64,000 bases of DNA from an uncultured Acidimicrobiia bacterium. Lineage in GTDB: Bacteria; Actinomycetota; Acidimicrobiia; Acidimicrobiales; AC-14. This document shows, piece by piece, positions 14,581 to 23,591 of the stretch (its first letter is position 1; each line of letters starts with the position of its first letter). The notes under the pieces were generated by a model that saw only the letters and a list, made by a program, of their open reading frames with translations, was not told the DNA's origin and searched no databases. The stretch lies in NCBI GenBank assembly GCA_963836205.1, contig CAWIIV010000006.1, positions 160,001 to 224,000 of the forward strand, written 5' to 3'. Both the position numbers and the translations under genes were made by a program.

Positions 14581-15700
14581 CGCTCGACTCCTTCTTGGGT
14601 CGCGGCAGGTGGCCGTGGTTGACGAGGGTCCCCAGGACGTCGCAGATCACCCGGGTCCCGAGGAGCGACGTGATCTCGGCGCTGTCGTACGGCGGCGAGC
14701 ACTCCACGATCTCGATCCCGGCCAGGCCCCGGGCCGCGACCCCCTTGACCAGCTTCAATGCCTCCCGGGGCAGGAAGCCGCCCGGCTCCGGCCAGCCCGT
14801 CCCGGGGACGAAGGCGGCGTCGAGGCAGTCGACGTCGAACGACAGCCACACCGCCTCGGCCCCGTCCCACGCCACCTCGAGGGCGTGCTCGATGGCGGCG
14901 TCGAGGCCCATGTCGACGCAGTCGTTGACGGTCATGATCGTCGTCTCCCGCTCCCGGCAGACCTTGACCCCGGGTCGGGGCGCCTGCCACCCGCCGATGC
15001 CTATCTGGACCAGGTTCTTGGCCGGGACGTTGGGGATGTCGGTGGCGTGGAACCAGGGGGTGGTGTGCATCCGTTCGTCGAGGTCGGTCTCCTGGGTGTC
15101 GACGTGGCGGTCGAAGTGGATGATCCCCAGGTTGCCGCCGCCCAGGTGAGGAGCCACCGCCCGCACCGTGGGGTAGCCGATGGAGTGGTCGCCGCCGAGC
15201 ACCACCGGGAAGGCCCCGCTGGCGTAGACGTGGGACACCGCCTTGGTGATCTGGTCGAACGACTTCTCGATGTTGCCGGGGATGGTGAAGATGTCGCCCA
15301 GGTCGCACATGGTGATCGACTCCCGCAGGTCGACCCCCAGCTCGAAGGAGTACGGGCCGTAGAGGGTGGAGATCGCCCGCATCCCGCGGGGGCCGAAGCG
15401 GGTGCCGGGCCGGTAGGTGGTGCCCGAGTCGTGGGGGGCGCCCACGACGGCCACGTCGTACCGGCCGCACGTGCGCACGTCCTCGACGTAGGGCGCCTTG
15501 AGGAACGTGGTGATGCCGGCGTAGTGGGGCAGCTCGCCCCGGCTGAAGGTGGGGATGGTCTTGTCGACGATGGAGTCGGCGCCCGGCAGGCCCATCTCCA
15601 GGCCCCGGGCGATCTCCCGGCGCCACCCGTCGAGGGGGATGAGGACCTCCGCCTCCAGCGCCCGCCTCGCTTCGGGCCCGTGCCGGTCGTGAACTGCCAC
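14573..15700 (-). CDS. gdmH: Guanidine hydrolase (ureohydrolase/agmatinase family, GdmH-like)
   Basis: TFSRGELPHYAG, GGDHS, FDRHVD, ERMHTTPW, DVDCLD and GTGWPEPGG motifs; first gene after a guanidine-I riboswitch; GAGGAG RBS before GTG. Confidence 0.85.
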   Translation of the reverse strand: MAVHDRHGPEARRALEAEVLIPLDGWRREIARGLEMGLPGADSIVDKTIPTFSRGELPHYAGITTFLKAPYVEDVRTCGRYDVAVVGAPHDSGTTYRPGTRFGPRGMRAISTLYGPYSFELGVDLRESITMCDLGDIFTIPGNIEKSFDQITKAVSHVYASGAFPVVLGGDHSIGYPTVRAVAPHLGGGNLGIIHFDRHVDTQETDLDERMHTTPWFHATDIPNVPAKNLVQIGIGGWQAPRPGVKVCRERETTIMTVNDCVDMGLDAAIEHALEVAWDGAEAVWLSFDVDCLDAAFVPGTGWPEPGGFLPREALKLVKGVAARGLAGIEIVECSPPYDSAEITSLLGTRVICDVLGTLVNHGHLPRPKKESSDA

Positions 15701-15741
15701 CTGTCGGCTGCTCCTCTCTGGTGACCGACCCGGCGAACGAG

Positions 15742-15778
15742 AAAGCCCGGGACGATCGATGTCGATCTCCCGGGCTTT
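15742..15778 (-). terminator. Riboswitch expression-platform hairpin
   Basis: AAAGCCCGGGA of the aptamer 3' stem pairs with downstream TCCCGGGCTTT; only a weak U-tract follows. Confidence 0.7.
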
Positions 15779-15860
15779 TGTCCCTCCGTGTGACGAGTCG
15801 CAGCTCGCCTGCACCTCTCGGACCAGACCCCCCACGAGTGGGGGCGGAACCCTAGGTGCC
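15767..15860 (-). ncRNA. Guanidine-I (ykkC-yxkD) riboswitch
   Basis: Minus strand reads GCACCTAGGGTTCCG...GTCTGGTCCGAGAGGTGC...ACACGGAGGGACAAAAGCCCGGGAG, matching the ykkC consensus blocks. Confidence 0.93.
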
Positions 15861-15898
15861 GTGTGTTTTCAGTTGTGATGGGACGGTACGCACCCTTC

Positions 15899-15936
15899 GT
15901 TTCTGCCGTGTTTCCGACGAACGACGAACTGGTGAC
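15899..15936 (-). promoter_or_regulatory. Putative GlnR box
   Basis: GTCAC-n6-GTCGT-n6-GAAAC-n6-GAAAC, compared with the consensus gTnAc-n6-GaAAc repeats, upstream of a nitrogen-scavenging operon. Confidence 0.45.
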
Positions 15937-16001
15937 ACGGTCGCCGGACAACGTCACCGCGGCGGAGCATCCGCGGTTGGCGGCGGGCGGCTACGTAGCG
16001 T

Positions 16002-16799
16002 TTGCGACGCGTGCGGCCCGTCCTCTTTCACGCCGGCTCCTACGGGGTGCCGACCCACGCCTTCTTCGTCGCCCTCGGGCTGCTGGCCGCGGGCATGGTG
16101 TTCGTGGTGGAGGCCCGGCGGCGGGGTCGGCTGGACGAGGCCATGGGGTGGATCGTGGCCGGCACCCTCCTCGGCGGCGCGATCGGCGCCCGCCTGAGCA
16201 CGCTGTGGGGCTACGTCGACGACGCCGCCGACCCGAGCCTCGTCGGCGCGGCCCTCGACGGCGGCAAGAGCATCCTGGGCGGGCTGTCCGGCGCCTATGT
16301 CGGAGCCCTCGTCACCAAGCGCATCCTGGGCTACCGCCGGTCCACCGGCGACCTGTTCGTGCCCGCGGTGGCCCTGGGCATGGCCGTGGGCCGGGTGGGC
16401 TGCTTCCTCACCGAGCAGGTCGGCACGCCCACGTCGATGCCGTGGGGCATCCACCTGAGCCCGGAGGCGGCGGCCCGCATCCCCCACTGCCCGTGGTGCG
16501 CGTCGGGCGTCGCCATGCACCCGTCGATGCTCTACGAGATCGCCTTCCACGCGGTCGCCTTCGTGGTGGTCCTCCGCCTCCGGGGCCGCCTGCGGACGGA
16601 AGGCGACGTGTTCAAGCTCTACCTGCTCGGCTACGCCCTCTTCCGCTTCTGGGTCGAGTTCGTGCGGGGCGGCGACCAGGTGCTGGCCGGTCTCACCCGG
16701 CCCCAGCTCTTCCTCGTCCCGTCAGGCCTGGTGCTGGCCGCCTACTTCGCCCGCCGGGTGACGCGGCCGGCCCCGGTGTCCGTGGCGGCGGACCGATGA
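16002..16799 (+). CDS. Prolipoprotein diacylglyceryl transferase (Lgt) family paralogue
   Basis: GARL, GKSILGGL, GRVGCFL..GTPT.MPWG, HPSMLYE and RFWVEFVR motifs. Confidence 0.88.
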   Translation: MRRVRPVLFHAGSYGVPTHAFFVALGLLAAGMVFVVEARRRGRLDEAMGWIVAGTLLGGAIGARLSTLWGYVDDAADPSLVGAALDGGKSILGGLSGAYVGALVTKRILGYRRSTGDLFVPAVALGMAVGRVGCFLTEQVGTPTSMPWGIHLSPEAAARIPHCPWCASGVAMHPSMLYEIAFHAVAFVVVLRLRGRLRTEGDVFKLYLLGYALFRFWVEFVRGGDQVLAGLTRPQLFLVPSGLVLAAYFARRVTRPAPVSVAADR

Positions 16800-16854
16800 G
16801 CCCCGATTGATGAGCCCCGATTGATGAGCCCCGATTGATGAGCCCCGATTGATG
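16795..16854 (+). repeat. Perfect tandem repeat, 14-bp unit GATGAGCCCCGATT x4.3
   Basis: Units start at 16795, 16809, 16823 and 16837, with a partial unit at 16851. Confidence 0.97.
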
Positions 16855-17079
16855 GACACCGTCCTGGCCGTCCTCCTTCTCGTCGGCCTGGCCCTCCTCC
16901 TGGCGTCGGCGGGCGGCGTGGCGCTGGCCAGCATCGTGAGGGCCCGTCACCGGAACCTGCCTCCCGACGAGGTGCAGCGCAAGGCGGCGGCCGCCTTCTG
17001 GATCGGGTCGATCGTGGGACTTGCCCTGGAGCTGGTCCTGTTCGGGATGTGTGTCTCGATGTTGAACCAGATGGGTTAG
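16852..17079 (+). CDS. Small two-TM membrane protein ending ELVLFGMC-x8
   Basis: 75 aa, two hydrophobic helices, similar to the next ORF. Confidence 0.7.
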   Translation: MDTVLAVLLLVGLALLLASAGGVALASIVRARHRNLPPDEVQRKAAAAFWIGSIVGLALELVLFGMCVSMLNQMG

Positions 17080-17082
17080 CGG

Positions 17083-17286
17083 ATGGACATCGTCAACGCC
17101 ATCCTCGGGCTGACCCTGCTCTTCGCGGCGCCGGCCACGATCATCGGCGGCATCGCCGCCATCATCGCCCTCGCGTCCGGCCACCGGGCCGTGCGGGCCT
17201 TCTGGATTGCCTTCGTCATCGTCGTCGCCATCGAGCTCATCCTCTTCGGGATCTGTCTCGCCGCCTTCCGGGACTTCGGCGGCTGA
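17083..17286 (+). CDS. Small two-TM membrane protein ending ELILFGIC-x9
   Basis: 67 aa; shares AFWI..IV...EL.LFG.C with the previous ORF; TGATG coupling to the radical SAM gene. Confidence 0.72.
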   Translation: MDIVNAILGLTLLFAAPATIIGGIAAIIALASGHRAVRAFWIAFVIVVAIELILFGICLAAFRDFGG

Positions 17287-18884
17287 TGCGGGGCATGCCC
17301 CTGCGGGGTGACCGCATCCTGCGCTACGTCACCGCCTTCTGCCCCACCTGCCACGCGGAACGACCCGACCGACCCCTCGCCGAGGTGGCCCGCCTCGGCG
17401 GCTACCTCTCGGAGGCCGACGGGCGGGTGTGGCTGGTCCGGGGCTGCCCGACCCACGGGCGCATCGTCACCCTCTACGACGAGTCGCCCGAGATCCTGGC
17501 CTACCTCGAGCAGTGGACGGCGCCCACCAAGGCCCACCGCCCCGACACCCCGGGCAACTTCGACCCCATCCCGTCCGCCTACCTCCGGGGTCTCGGCGAG
17601 CTCCAGACCCAGCACACGTGCACCCTGCTGGAGGACATCGCCGAGAAGTGCAACCTGCGCTGCCCCACCTGCTTCACCGACTCCGGGCCCGAGCGGGCCG
17701 GTCTCGTACCCATCCACGACGTGGTGGCGAACGTCGACCAGCGCCTGGCCCGGGAGAACGGCGCCCTCGACGTGGTCATGGTGAGCGGCGGCGAGCCCAC
17801 AGTCCACCCGGACCTGGTCGAGATCCTCGACCGCATCCTCGAGCGGGACGTCACCCGGATCCTGGTCAACACCAACGGCATGCGCCTGGCCCACGACGAC
17901 GCGCTGCTGGCCGCCCTGGCCGAGCGCCGCGACCGGGTCGAGGTCTACCTCCAGTTCGACGGGTTCCGGGCCGCCACCCACCGCCATCACCGGGGAGCCG
18001 ACGTGGGAGCCGTCAAGCGGAAGGTGGTCGAGCGGCTGCGCGACGCCGAGATCTTCATGACCCTCACCATGACCGCCGCCCTGGGCGTCAACGACGACGA
18101 GATCGGCGACGTGGTCAACTTCGGCCTCGACACCCCCTACGTGGGCGGGGTCAGCATCCAGCCCCAGTTCGGGTCGGGCCGGTCGGGCGCCATCGACCCC
18201 CTCGACCGCCTCACCCACACCGGCGTGCTGGCGCGCCTCGGCCCTCAGACCGGCGGCCGCTTCGGCTGGCGGGACATGACCGCCCTGCCCTGCTCCCACC
18301 CCCATTGCTGCAGCATCGGCTACGCCATCCGCACCGACGCCGGCGAGTGGAAGTCGCTGGTGGGCATGATCGGCCACGAGGAGCTCAAGGCGAACCTCGA
18401 CCTGGTCAGCAACCGGATCGCCGACCGGGAGCTGCCCGCCCGCCTGCGCCGACTGCTGAAGGACTCGCTCCTGGGCCTACTCAGCGACCAGGCGTCGCTC
18501 ACCCATCCGAGCGTGCCCCAGCTGCTCCGCAACGTGTGCGACCACTGCGACCTGGGCGTGCGCACGCTCGCCCGCATCACCACCCGCCCCGGGGCCGAAG
18601 GCCGCCGCCGCATCCGGGACCTGCTGGCCCACCGGGTGAAGCGCATCGTGGTGAAGCCGTTCATGGACCTCGACACCATGATCGAGGAGCGGCTCCAGCA
18701 GTGCTGCGTGCACGTCGGGTCCCGGGGCGCCGACCACAACGGCGACGGTGGCGGCCACCAGTGCGCCCCCTTCTGCGCCATGCAGGCGTGGCCCGCCCTG
18801 GGCGCCACCCGCCTATCGGCGACGGCGACCGCCGAGTCCGCTGCCGCCGAGGACCAGCCGGTCACGCTCGGCCGCCGTGGCTGA
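17286..18884 (+). CDS. Radical SAM protein, Tes/GDGT-MAS (MJ0619)-like family
   Basis: N-terminal CPTC...CPTHG, CNLRCPTC, SGGEPTVHP, NTNG, YLQFDG and C-terminal CCVH...PFC. Confidence 0.85.
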   Translation: MRGMPLRGDRILRYVTAFCPTCHAERPDRPLAEVARLGGYLSEADGRVWLVRGCPTHGRIVTLYDESPEILAYLEQWTAPTKAHRPDTPGNFDPIPSAYLRGLGELQTQHTCTLLEDIAEKCNLRCPTCFTDSGPERAGLVPIHDVVANVDQRLARENGALDVVMVSGGEPTVHPDLVEILDRILERDVTRILVNTNGMRLAHDDALLAALAERRDRVEVYLQFDGFRAATHRHHRGADVGAVKRKVVERLRDAEIFMTLTMTAALGVNDDEIGDVVNFGLDTPYVGGVSIQPQFGSGRSGAIDPLDRLTHTGVLARLGPQTGGRFGWRDMTALPCSHPHCCSIGYAIRTDAGEWKSLVGMIGHEELKANLDLVSNRIADRELPARLRRLLKDSLLGLLSDQASLTHPSVPQLLRNVCDHCDLGVRTLARITTRPGAEGRRRIRDLLAHRVKRIVVKPFMDLDTMIEERLQQCCVHVGSRGADHNGDGGGHQCAPFCAMQAWPALGATRLSATATAESAAAEDQPVTLGRRG

Positions 18885-19164
18885 CCCCCGCATCCCGGCC
18901 GCCCTCCGGGGAGCGTCGGAGCCTTCGGAGTCGCCGTCCGACCCGCTCCACTGGTGCGTGTTCACCACCGTCAGCCTGCTGACGTGGGCCCTGGGCCCGG
19001 CCGTGCTCGTCGTCTTCTCGACGGCCGGTCTGGTGGCCTACTCACGATCCTTCGCCCGTGGCCGGCGCCGCAGCCGCTGCCTGCTGCGCGACACCCGCCT
19101 GGTGGTGGCCTACCTGGCCGTCACCCTCGCCTTGGGCGTCGTCGCCACCGTCCGCGGCCTGTAA
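18877..19164 (+). CDS. Small membrane protein
   Basis: Overlaps the radical SAM stop; DPLHWCVFTT and SRCLLRDTRLV motifs; hydrophobic. Confidence 0.7.
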   Translation: MADPRIPAALRGASEPSESPSDPLHWCVFTTVSLLTWALGPAVLVVFSTAGLVAYSRSFARGRRRSRCLLRDTRLVVAYLAVTLALGVVATVRGL

Positions 19165-19362
19165 CCCGTCCCCCGGGACGGCCCCGAAGCCGTCAGCTAC
19201 GGGCCACGGAGATGCAAGAGAAGCGACAGGTAATGGTCATGGGGCCTACATGCTCGCTTCACGGACGGGCAATGGCGCCTCCCTATGGTTCGGCGGAAAT
19301 TGATCCGTCGAGCACTGAGGGGGCTCATGGGAATGCGCAGACGATCGGCGCGAAGCCGATCG

Positions 19363-20619
19363 ATGTCGAGAAGTCTGGTCGCGGTCGCAGCGGCGGCGGG
19401 GTTGGTCCTGGCCGCCTGCGGCAGCGACGACGACACTGCAGGCACTGCGACGGGGCCGGAGACGGTCAAGGTCGGGATCCTGCACTCGCTGAGCGGGACG
19501 ATGTCGATCAGTGAGGTCGCCGTCCGGGACGCGTCGCTGCTGGCGATCAAGGAGATCAACGCCGCCGGGGGCGTGATGGGCAAGGAGATCGATCCGGTCG
19601 TGCGGGACGGGAAGTCGGACTGGCCCACGTTCGCCCAGGAGTTGGAGTCGCTCATCACCACCGAGAAGGTGGCGGTGACGTTCGGCGGGTGGACGTCGGC
19701 CAGCCGCAAGGCCATGAAGCCGGTGGTCGAGGGCCTCGACGGGCTGCTGTTCTACCCGGTCCAGTACGAGGGCCTGGAGGTGTCGCCCAACATCTTCTAC
19801 ACCGGCGCCACCACCAACCAGCAGATCATCCCCGCCCTCGACTACCTGAAGGAGAAGGGCCTCACCCGGCTGTTCCTGGTCGGCTCGAACTACGTCTTCC
19901 CCCAAACGGCCAACAAGGAGATCAAGGCCTACGCCGCCGCCAACGGCATGGAGATCCTCGGCGAGGAGTACCTGGAGCTGGGTGAGAAGAACGCCCAGAC
20001 CGTGGTTCAGAAGGTGCTCGACGCCAACCCCCAGGTCGTGTTCAACACCCTCAACGGGGACACCAACGTGAGCTTCTTCCAGGAGCTGAAGGCCAAGGGC
20101 AACACCCCCGACAAGATCCAGACCATCTCGGTGTCGATCGCGGAGGAGGAGACCAGGGGCGTCGGCATCCCCAACCTGGTCGGCCACCTGGTGGCCTGGA
20201 ACTACTACCAGACCACCGACCTGCCCCGGAACACGGCGTTCGTGGCGGCCTACAAGGCCGAATACGGGCCCAACCGCAACACCGACGACCCCATTGAGGC
20301 CGGCTACAACTCGGTCTACATCTGGAAGGCAGCGGTGGAGAAGGCCCAGTCCTTCGACGTCGAGGCCGTTACTGCCGCCGCCGGGGGCCTGGTGCTGGAC
20401 ACGCCCGAGGGCCTCCTCACCGTCCACCCGACCAACCACCACGTGGCCAAGACGGCACGGATCGGCGTGATCAACGACCAGGGGCTCATCGACGAGGTGT
20501 GGACCTCGGGCAAGCCCATCGAGCCCGATCCCTGCCTCGACACCTACCCCTGGGCGGCGGCCGCGGGACTGGCCACCCCCGAGGCACGCGCCGAGTGCGA
20601 CGCGGCCAAGGCCAGCTAG
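19363..20619 (+). CDS. urtA: Urea ABC transporter substrate-binding lipoprotein
   Basis: Lipobox LAAC; GILHSLSGTM, FGGWTSASRK, YPVQYEGLE, NQQ and FNTLNGD motifs. Confidence 0.96.
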   Translation: MSRSLVAVAAAAGLVLAACGSDDDTAGTATGPETVKVGILHSLSGTMSISEVAVRDASLLAIKEINAAGGVMGKEIDPVVRDGKSDWPTFAQELESLITTEKVAVTFGGWTSASRKAMKPVVEGLDGLLFYPVQYEGLEVSPNIFYTGATTNQQIIPALDYLKEKGLTRLFLVGSNYVFPQTANKEIKAYAAANGMEILGEEYLELGEKNAQTVVQKVLDANPQVVFNTLNGDTNVSFFQELKAKGNTPDKIQTISVSIAEEETRGVGIPNLVGHLVAWNYYQTTDLPRNTAFVAAYKAEYGPNRNTDDPIEAGYNSVYIWKAAVEKAQSFDVEAVTAAAGGLVLDTPEGLLTVHPTNHHVAKTARIGVINDQGLIDEVWTSGKPIEPDPCLDTYPWAAAAGLATPEARAECDAAKAS

Positions 20620-20638
20620 CGCTAGCGGAGTGAGGAAC

Positions 20639-20670
20639 GTCCGCCGCCCGGCCCCGCCCGGGCGGCGGAC
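20639..20670 (+). terminator. GC-rich hairpin between urtA and urtB (attenuator or mRNA stabiliser)
   Basis: GTCCGCCGCCCGG...CCGGGCGGCGGAC inverted repeat. Confidence 0.6.
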
Positions 20671-20706
20671 CTTCATGCTGGCCTCACCTCGCGAGGAGCA
20701 CACGAC

Positions 20707-21600
20707 GTGGACACCTTCCTGAGCAACCTCTACATCGGCATCACGCTCGCCTCGCTCTTCCTCCTGGTGGGGCTGGGCCTCACCTTCACCTTCGGCCAGA
20801 TGGGCGTCATCAACATGGCCCACGGCGAGTTCATCATGGCCGGGGCCTACGTTCCCTACGTCCTGCAGACCACGTTCTTCGAGGGCACCAAGGGCGCCGC
20901 AGTCCTCGTCGCCCTCCCCGTCGCCTTCCTCGTCGCCGGCCTCATGGGCGTCGTGCTCGAACGCCTGCTCCTCCGGCGGATGTCGGGCCGGCCCCTCGAC
21001 ACCCTGCTCGTCACCTTCGGCGTCAGCCTGATCCTCCAGCAGCTGGCCAAGGACCTCTTCTCGGCCAACAACAAGGAGGTGGTGACGCCCACCTTCCTCC
21101 GCGGTCAGTCCGACCTCCTGGGCGTCACGGTCACCCACACCCGCCTGTTCGTCCTGGCCGTGGTCCTGCTGTCGATGGCCGGCGTGGCCTTCTTCCTCGG
21201 CAAGCTCGCCGCCGGGCGCCGGATGCGGGCCGTGATGCAGAACCGCGACCTGGCCGCGGTCAGCGGCCTACCCGTCTCCCGGGTCGACGCCACGACCTTC
21301 TTCATCGGCTCGGGGCTGGCCGGCGTGGCCGGCGTGGCCGTGTCGCTGATCGGCTCCGTCGGCACCGCCACCGGCACCTCGTACATCCTCTTCGCCTTCC
21401 TGGTCGTGATCGTGGGCGGGGTGGGCAGCCTCAAGGGGGCGGTCATCGCCGCCGTCGCCCTCGGCATCCTGAACTCCTACGTCGAGTTCTGGACCTCGTC
21501 CAGCCTGGCCAAGGCGGCCGTGTTCGCCTTCGTCATCCTCTTCCTGCAGTGGCGCCCCAACGGGATCGTCTCCTTCCGCACCCGGGGCCTCACCGCGTGA
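20707..21600 (+). CDS. urtB: Urea ABC permease
   Basis: TFGQMGVINMAHGEF and RPLDTLLVTFG motifs. Confidence 0.94.
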   Translation: MDTFLSNLYIGITLASLFLLVGLGLTFTFGQMGVINMAHGEFIMAGAYVPYVLQTTFFEGTKGAAVLVALPVAFLVAGLMGVVLERLLLRRMSGRPLDTLLVTFGVSLILQQLAKDLFSANNKEVVTPTFLRGQSDLLGVTVTHTRLFVLAVVLLSMAGVAFFLGKLAAGRRMRAVMQNRDLAAVSGLPVSRVDATTFFIGSGLAGVAGVAVSLIGSVGTATGTSYILFAFLVVIVGGVGSLKGAVIAAVALGILNSYVEFWTSSSLAKAAVFAFVILFLQWRPNGIVSFRTRGLTA

Positions 21601-22799
21601 GCGACACGACCATCGTCGGTCCGCCGCCAGACCCTGCTCCGACGGCGCCCACGGTGACCGGCGCCGAGCCGCGCCGCACCCCGCGCTCCCGCCTCGCCGC
21701 CGGCTCCAGCAGCCCGTGGACCGGCCGGGGCGCCTTCGTCGTCTTCGCCGTCGTCCTCCTGGCGGTGCCCACCGTGGCCAGCAACCCGGCCGACATCCGG
21801 CTGTGGGCCGAGTGGCTCTGCTACGCCATGATCGCCATCGGCCTCGACATCGCGTGGGGCTACGGGGGGATGCTCGCCCTCGGCCAGGGGCTGTTCTTCG
21901 GCCTGGGCGCCTACGCCATGGGCATGCACCTGTCGCTCGAGCAGGTTCCCGACGGCTCCCTGCCCTCGTTCATGGCCCTGTACAGCGACTACACCAGCCT
22001 GCCGGCGTTGTGGCGCCCGTTCCAGAGCCTGTGGTTCGCGGCCGCGGCGGCGGTGCTGGTGCCGGTGCTGGTGGCGGGGCTGCTCGGGCTGCTGGTGTTC
22101 AAGCGCCGCATCCGGGGCCCGTTCTTCGCCATCCTCACCCAGGCCACGGCGGTGATCTTCGTCCTGGTCCTCATCGGCAACCTCAAGCTCACGTCCGGCA
22201 CCAACGGGCTCACCGGGTTCACCACCATCTTCGGCCGCAGCCGCTACGCGCCCGGCACCAACAAATGGCTGTTCACGGTGGCTGCCATCGGCCTGCTGGT
22301 GGTGCTGGCCATCGCCATGAAGGTGGTCCGCAGCCGCTACGGCAAGCTCCTCCAGGCGACGCGCGACAGCGAGGACCGGGTCCGCTTCCTCGGCTACGAC
22401 CCCGCCATCGTCAAGACGGTCGGTTTCATGATCGCGGCCGGCATGGCCGGGCTCGCGGGTGCCATCGCCGCCCCCGTCTTCGGCATCGTCTCCCCCGCCC
22501 AGTTCGACTACGTGCCCTCGATCCTCATGGTCTGCTGGGTGGCGGTCGGCGGCCGGGGGACGCTGTGGGGGGCGGTGCTGGGGGCGCTGGTCGTGAACTG
22601 GGCCCGGGTCGAGGTGAGCGCGGCCCGTCCCGACGACTGGCTGTACCTCCAGGGCCTGCTGTTCGTGGTCGTGCTGGCCTTCGCCCCCGGGGGTATCGCC
22701 GGGCTCCTGCGGGGCCGGTGGCAGTGGCTTTCGGCGTCGCTCGCCCGTCGCAACCGACCCTCGCCCATCGAGAACGCCCCAGTAGGAGGGACCGTATGA
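21597..22799 (+). CDS. urtC: Urea ABC permease
   Basis: WGYGGMLALGQG.FFGLG, FAILTQA and WVAVGGRGTL motifs. Confidence 0.94.
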   Translation: MSDTTIVGPPPDPAPTAPTVTGAEPRRTPRSRLAAGSSSPWTGRGAFVVFAVVLLAVPTVASNPADIRLWAEWLCYAMIAIGLDIAWGYGGMLALGQGLFFGLGAYAMGMHLSLEQVPDGSLPSFMALYSDYTSLPALWRPFQSLWFAAAAAVLVPVLVAGLLGLLVFKRRIRGPFFAILTQATAVIFVLVLIGNLKLTSGTNGLTGFTTIFGRSRYAPGTNKWLFTVAAIGLLVVLAIAMKVVRSRYGKLLQATRDSEDRVRFLGYDPAIVKTVGFMIAAGMAGLAGAIAAPVFGIVSPAQFDYVPSILMVCWVAVGGRGTLWGAVLGALVVNWARVEVSAARPDDWLYLQGLLFVVVLAFAPGGIAGLLRGRWQWLSASLARRNRPSPIENAPVGGTV

Positions 22800-23591
22800 C
22801 CAAGGTGCTCGAAGTCAGTGGCCTGGCGGTGGAGTTCGACGGGTTCAAGGCCCTCGACGGGGTCAACTTCTCCGTCGAGCAAGGTGAGCTGCGCTTCCTG
22901 ATCGGTCCCAACGGCGCGGGCAAGACGACCCTCATCGACTGCATCACCGGGCTCACCAGGCCCACCGCGGGCGACGTCCGCTTCGAGGGCCGGTCGCTCA
23001 ACGGGTTGGCCGAGCACCGGCGGGTGAAGCTCGGGATCGGCCGCAGCTTTCAGACGCCCACCGTGTTCGACACCCTCACCGTGGCCGACAACCTCGACCT
23101 GGCCGAGGTCTTCCGCAGCCGCCTGCCCCGGTTGTTCCTCCGCCGCAAGGGCGTGAGCCCGGGCGTGTCGGCCACGCTCGAACGGGTCGGGCTCACCGCC
23201 GTGGCCGAGCGGCCCGCGGGCGCCCTCAGCCACGGCCAGAAGCAGTGGCTGGAGATCGGGATGCTGCTGGTGCAGGAGCCCAAGCTCCTCCTGCTCGACG
23301 AGCCGGTGGCGGGCATGAGCCCCCAGGAGCGGACTCGACACCGGCAAGCTGCTCCACGAGCTGGCCGGCGAGCACACCGTGGTCGTCATCGAGCACGACA
23401 TGGCCTTCCTGCGCCGCTTCGCCCACACCGTCACCGTCCTCCACGAAGGCAAGGTCATCTCCGAGGGCTCGGTCGACAAGGTGCAGGCCGACCCCATCGT
23501 GCGCGAGGTCTACCTCGGCCGGTCCCGCGACGAGCGCTCGGGTCAGGTCAGGGAGCCGGCCATTGCCGGGGGACGCCGAGGGCGGGGCTGA
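22796..23591 (+). CDS. urtD: Urea ABC ATP-binding protein, frameshift near 23335
   Basis: GPNGAGKT, LSHGQKQWLEIGM and DEPVAGM, then TGKLLHEL..VVVIEHDM in another frame. Confidence 0.9.

Noticed and set aside
14573-15700. Plain agmatinase (speB) call
   Set aside because: The guanidine-I riboswitch and GdmH-type motifs (ELPHYAG, DRHVD, ERMHT, GWPEPGG) favour guanidine hydrolase.
16795-16854. Possible CRISPR array
   Set aside because: The 14-bp units are contiguous with no spacers, and no cas genes are in the window.
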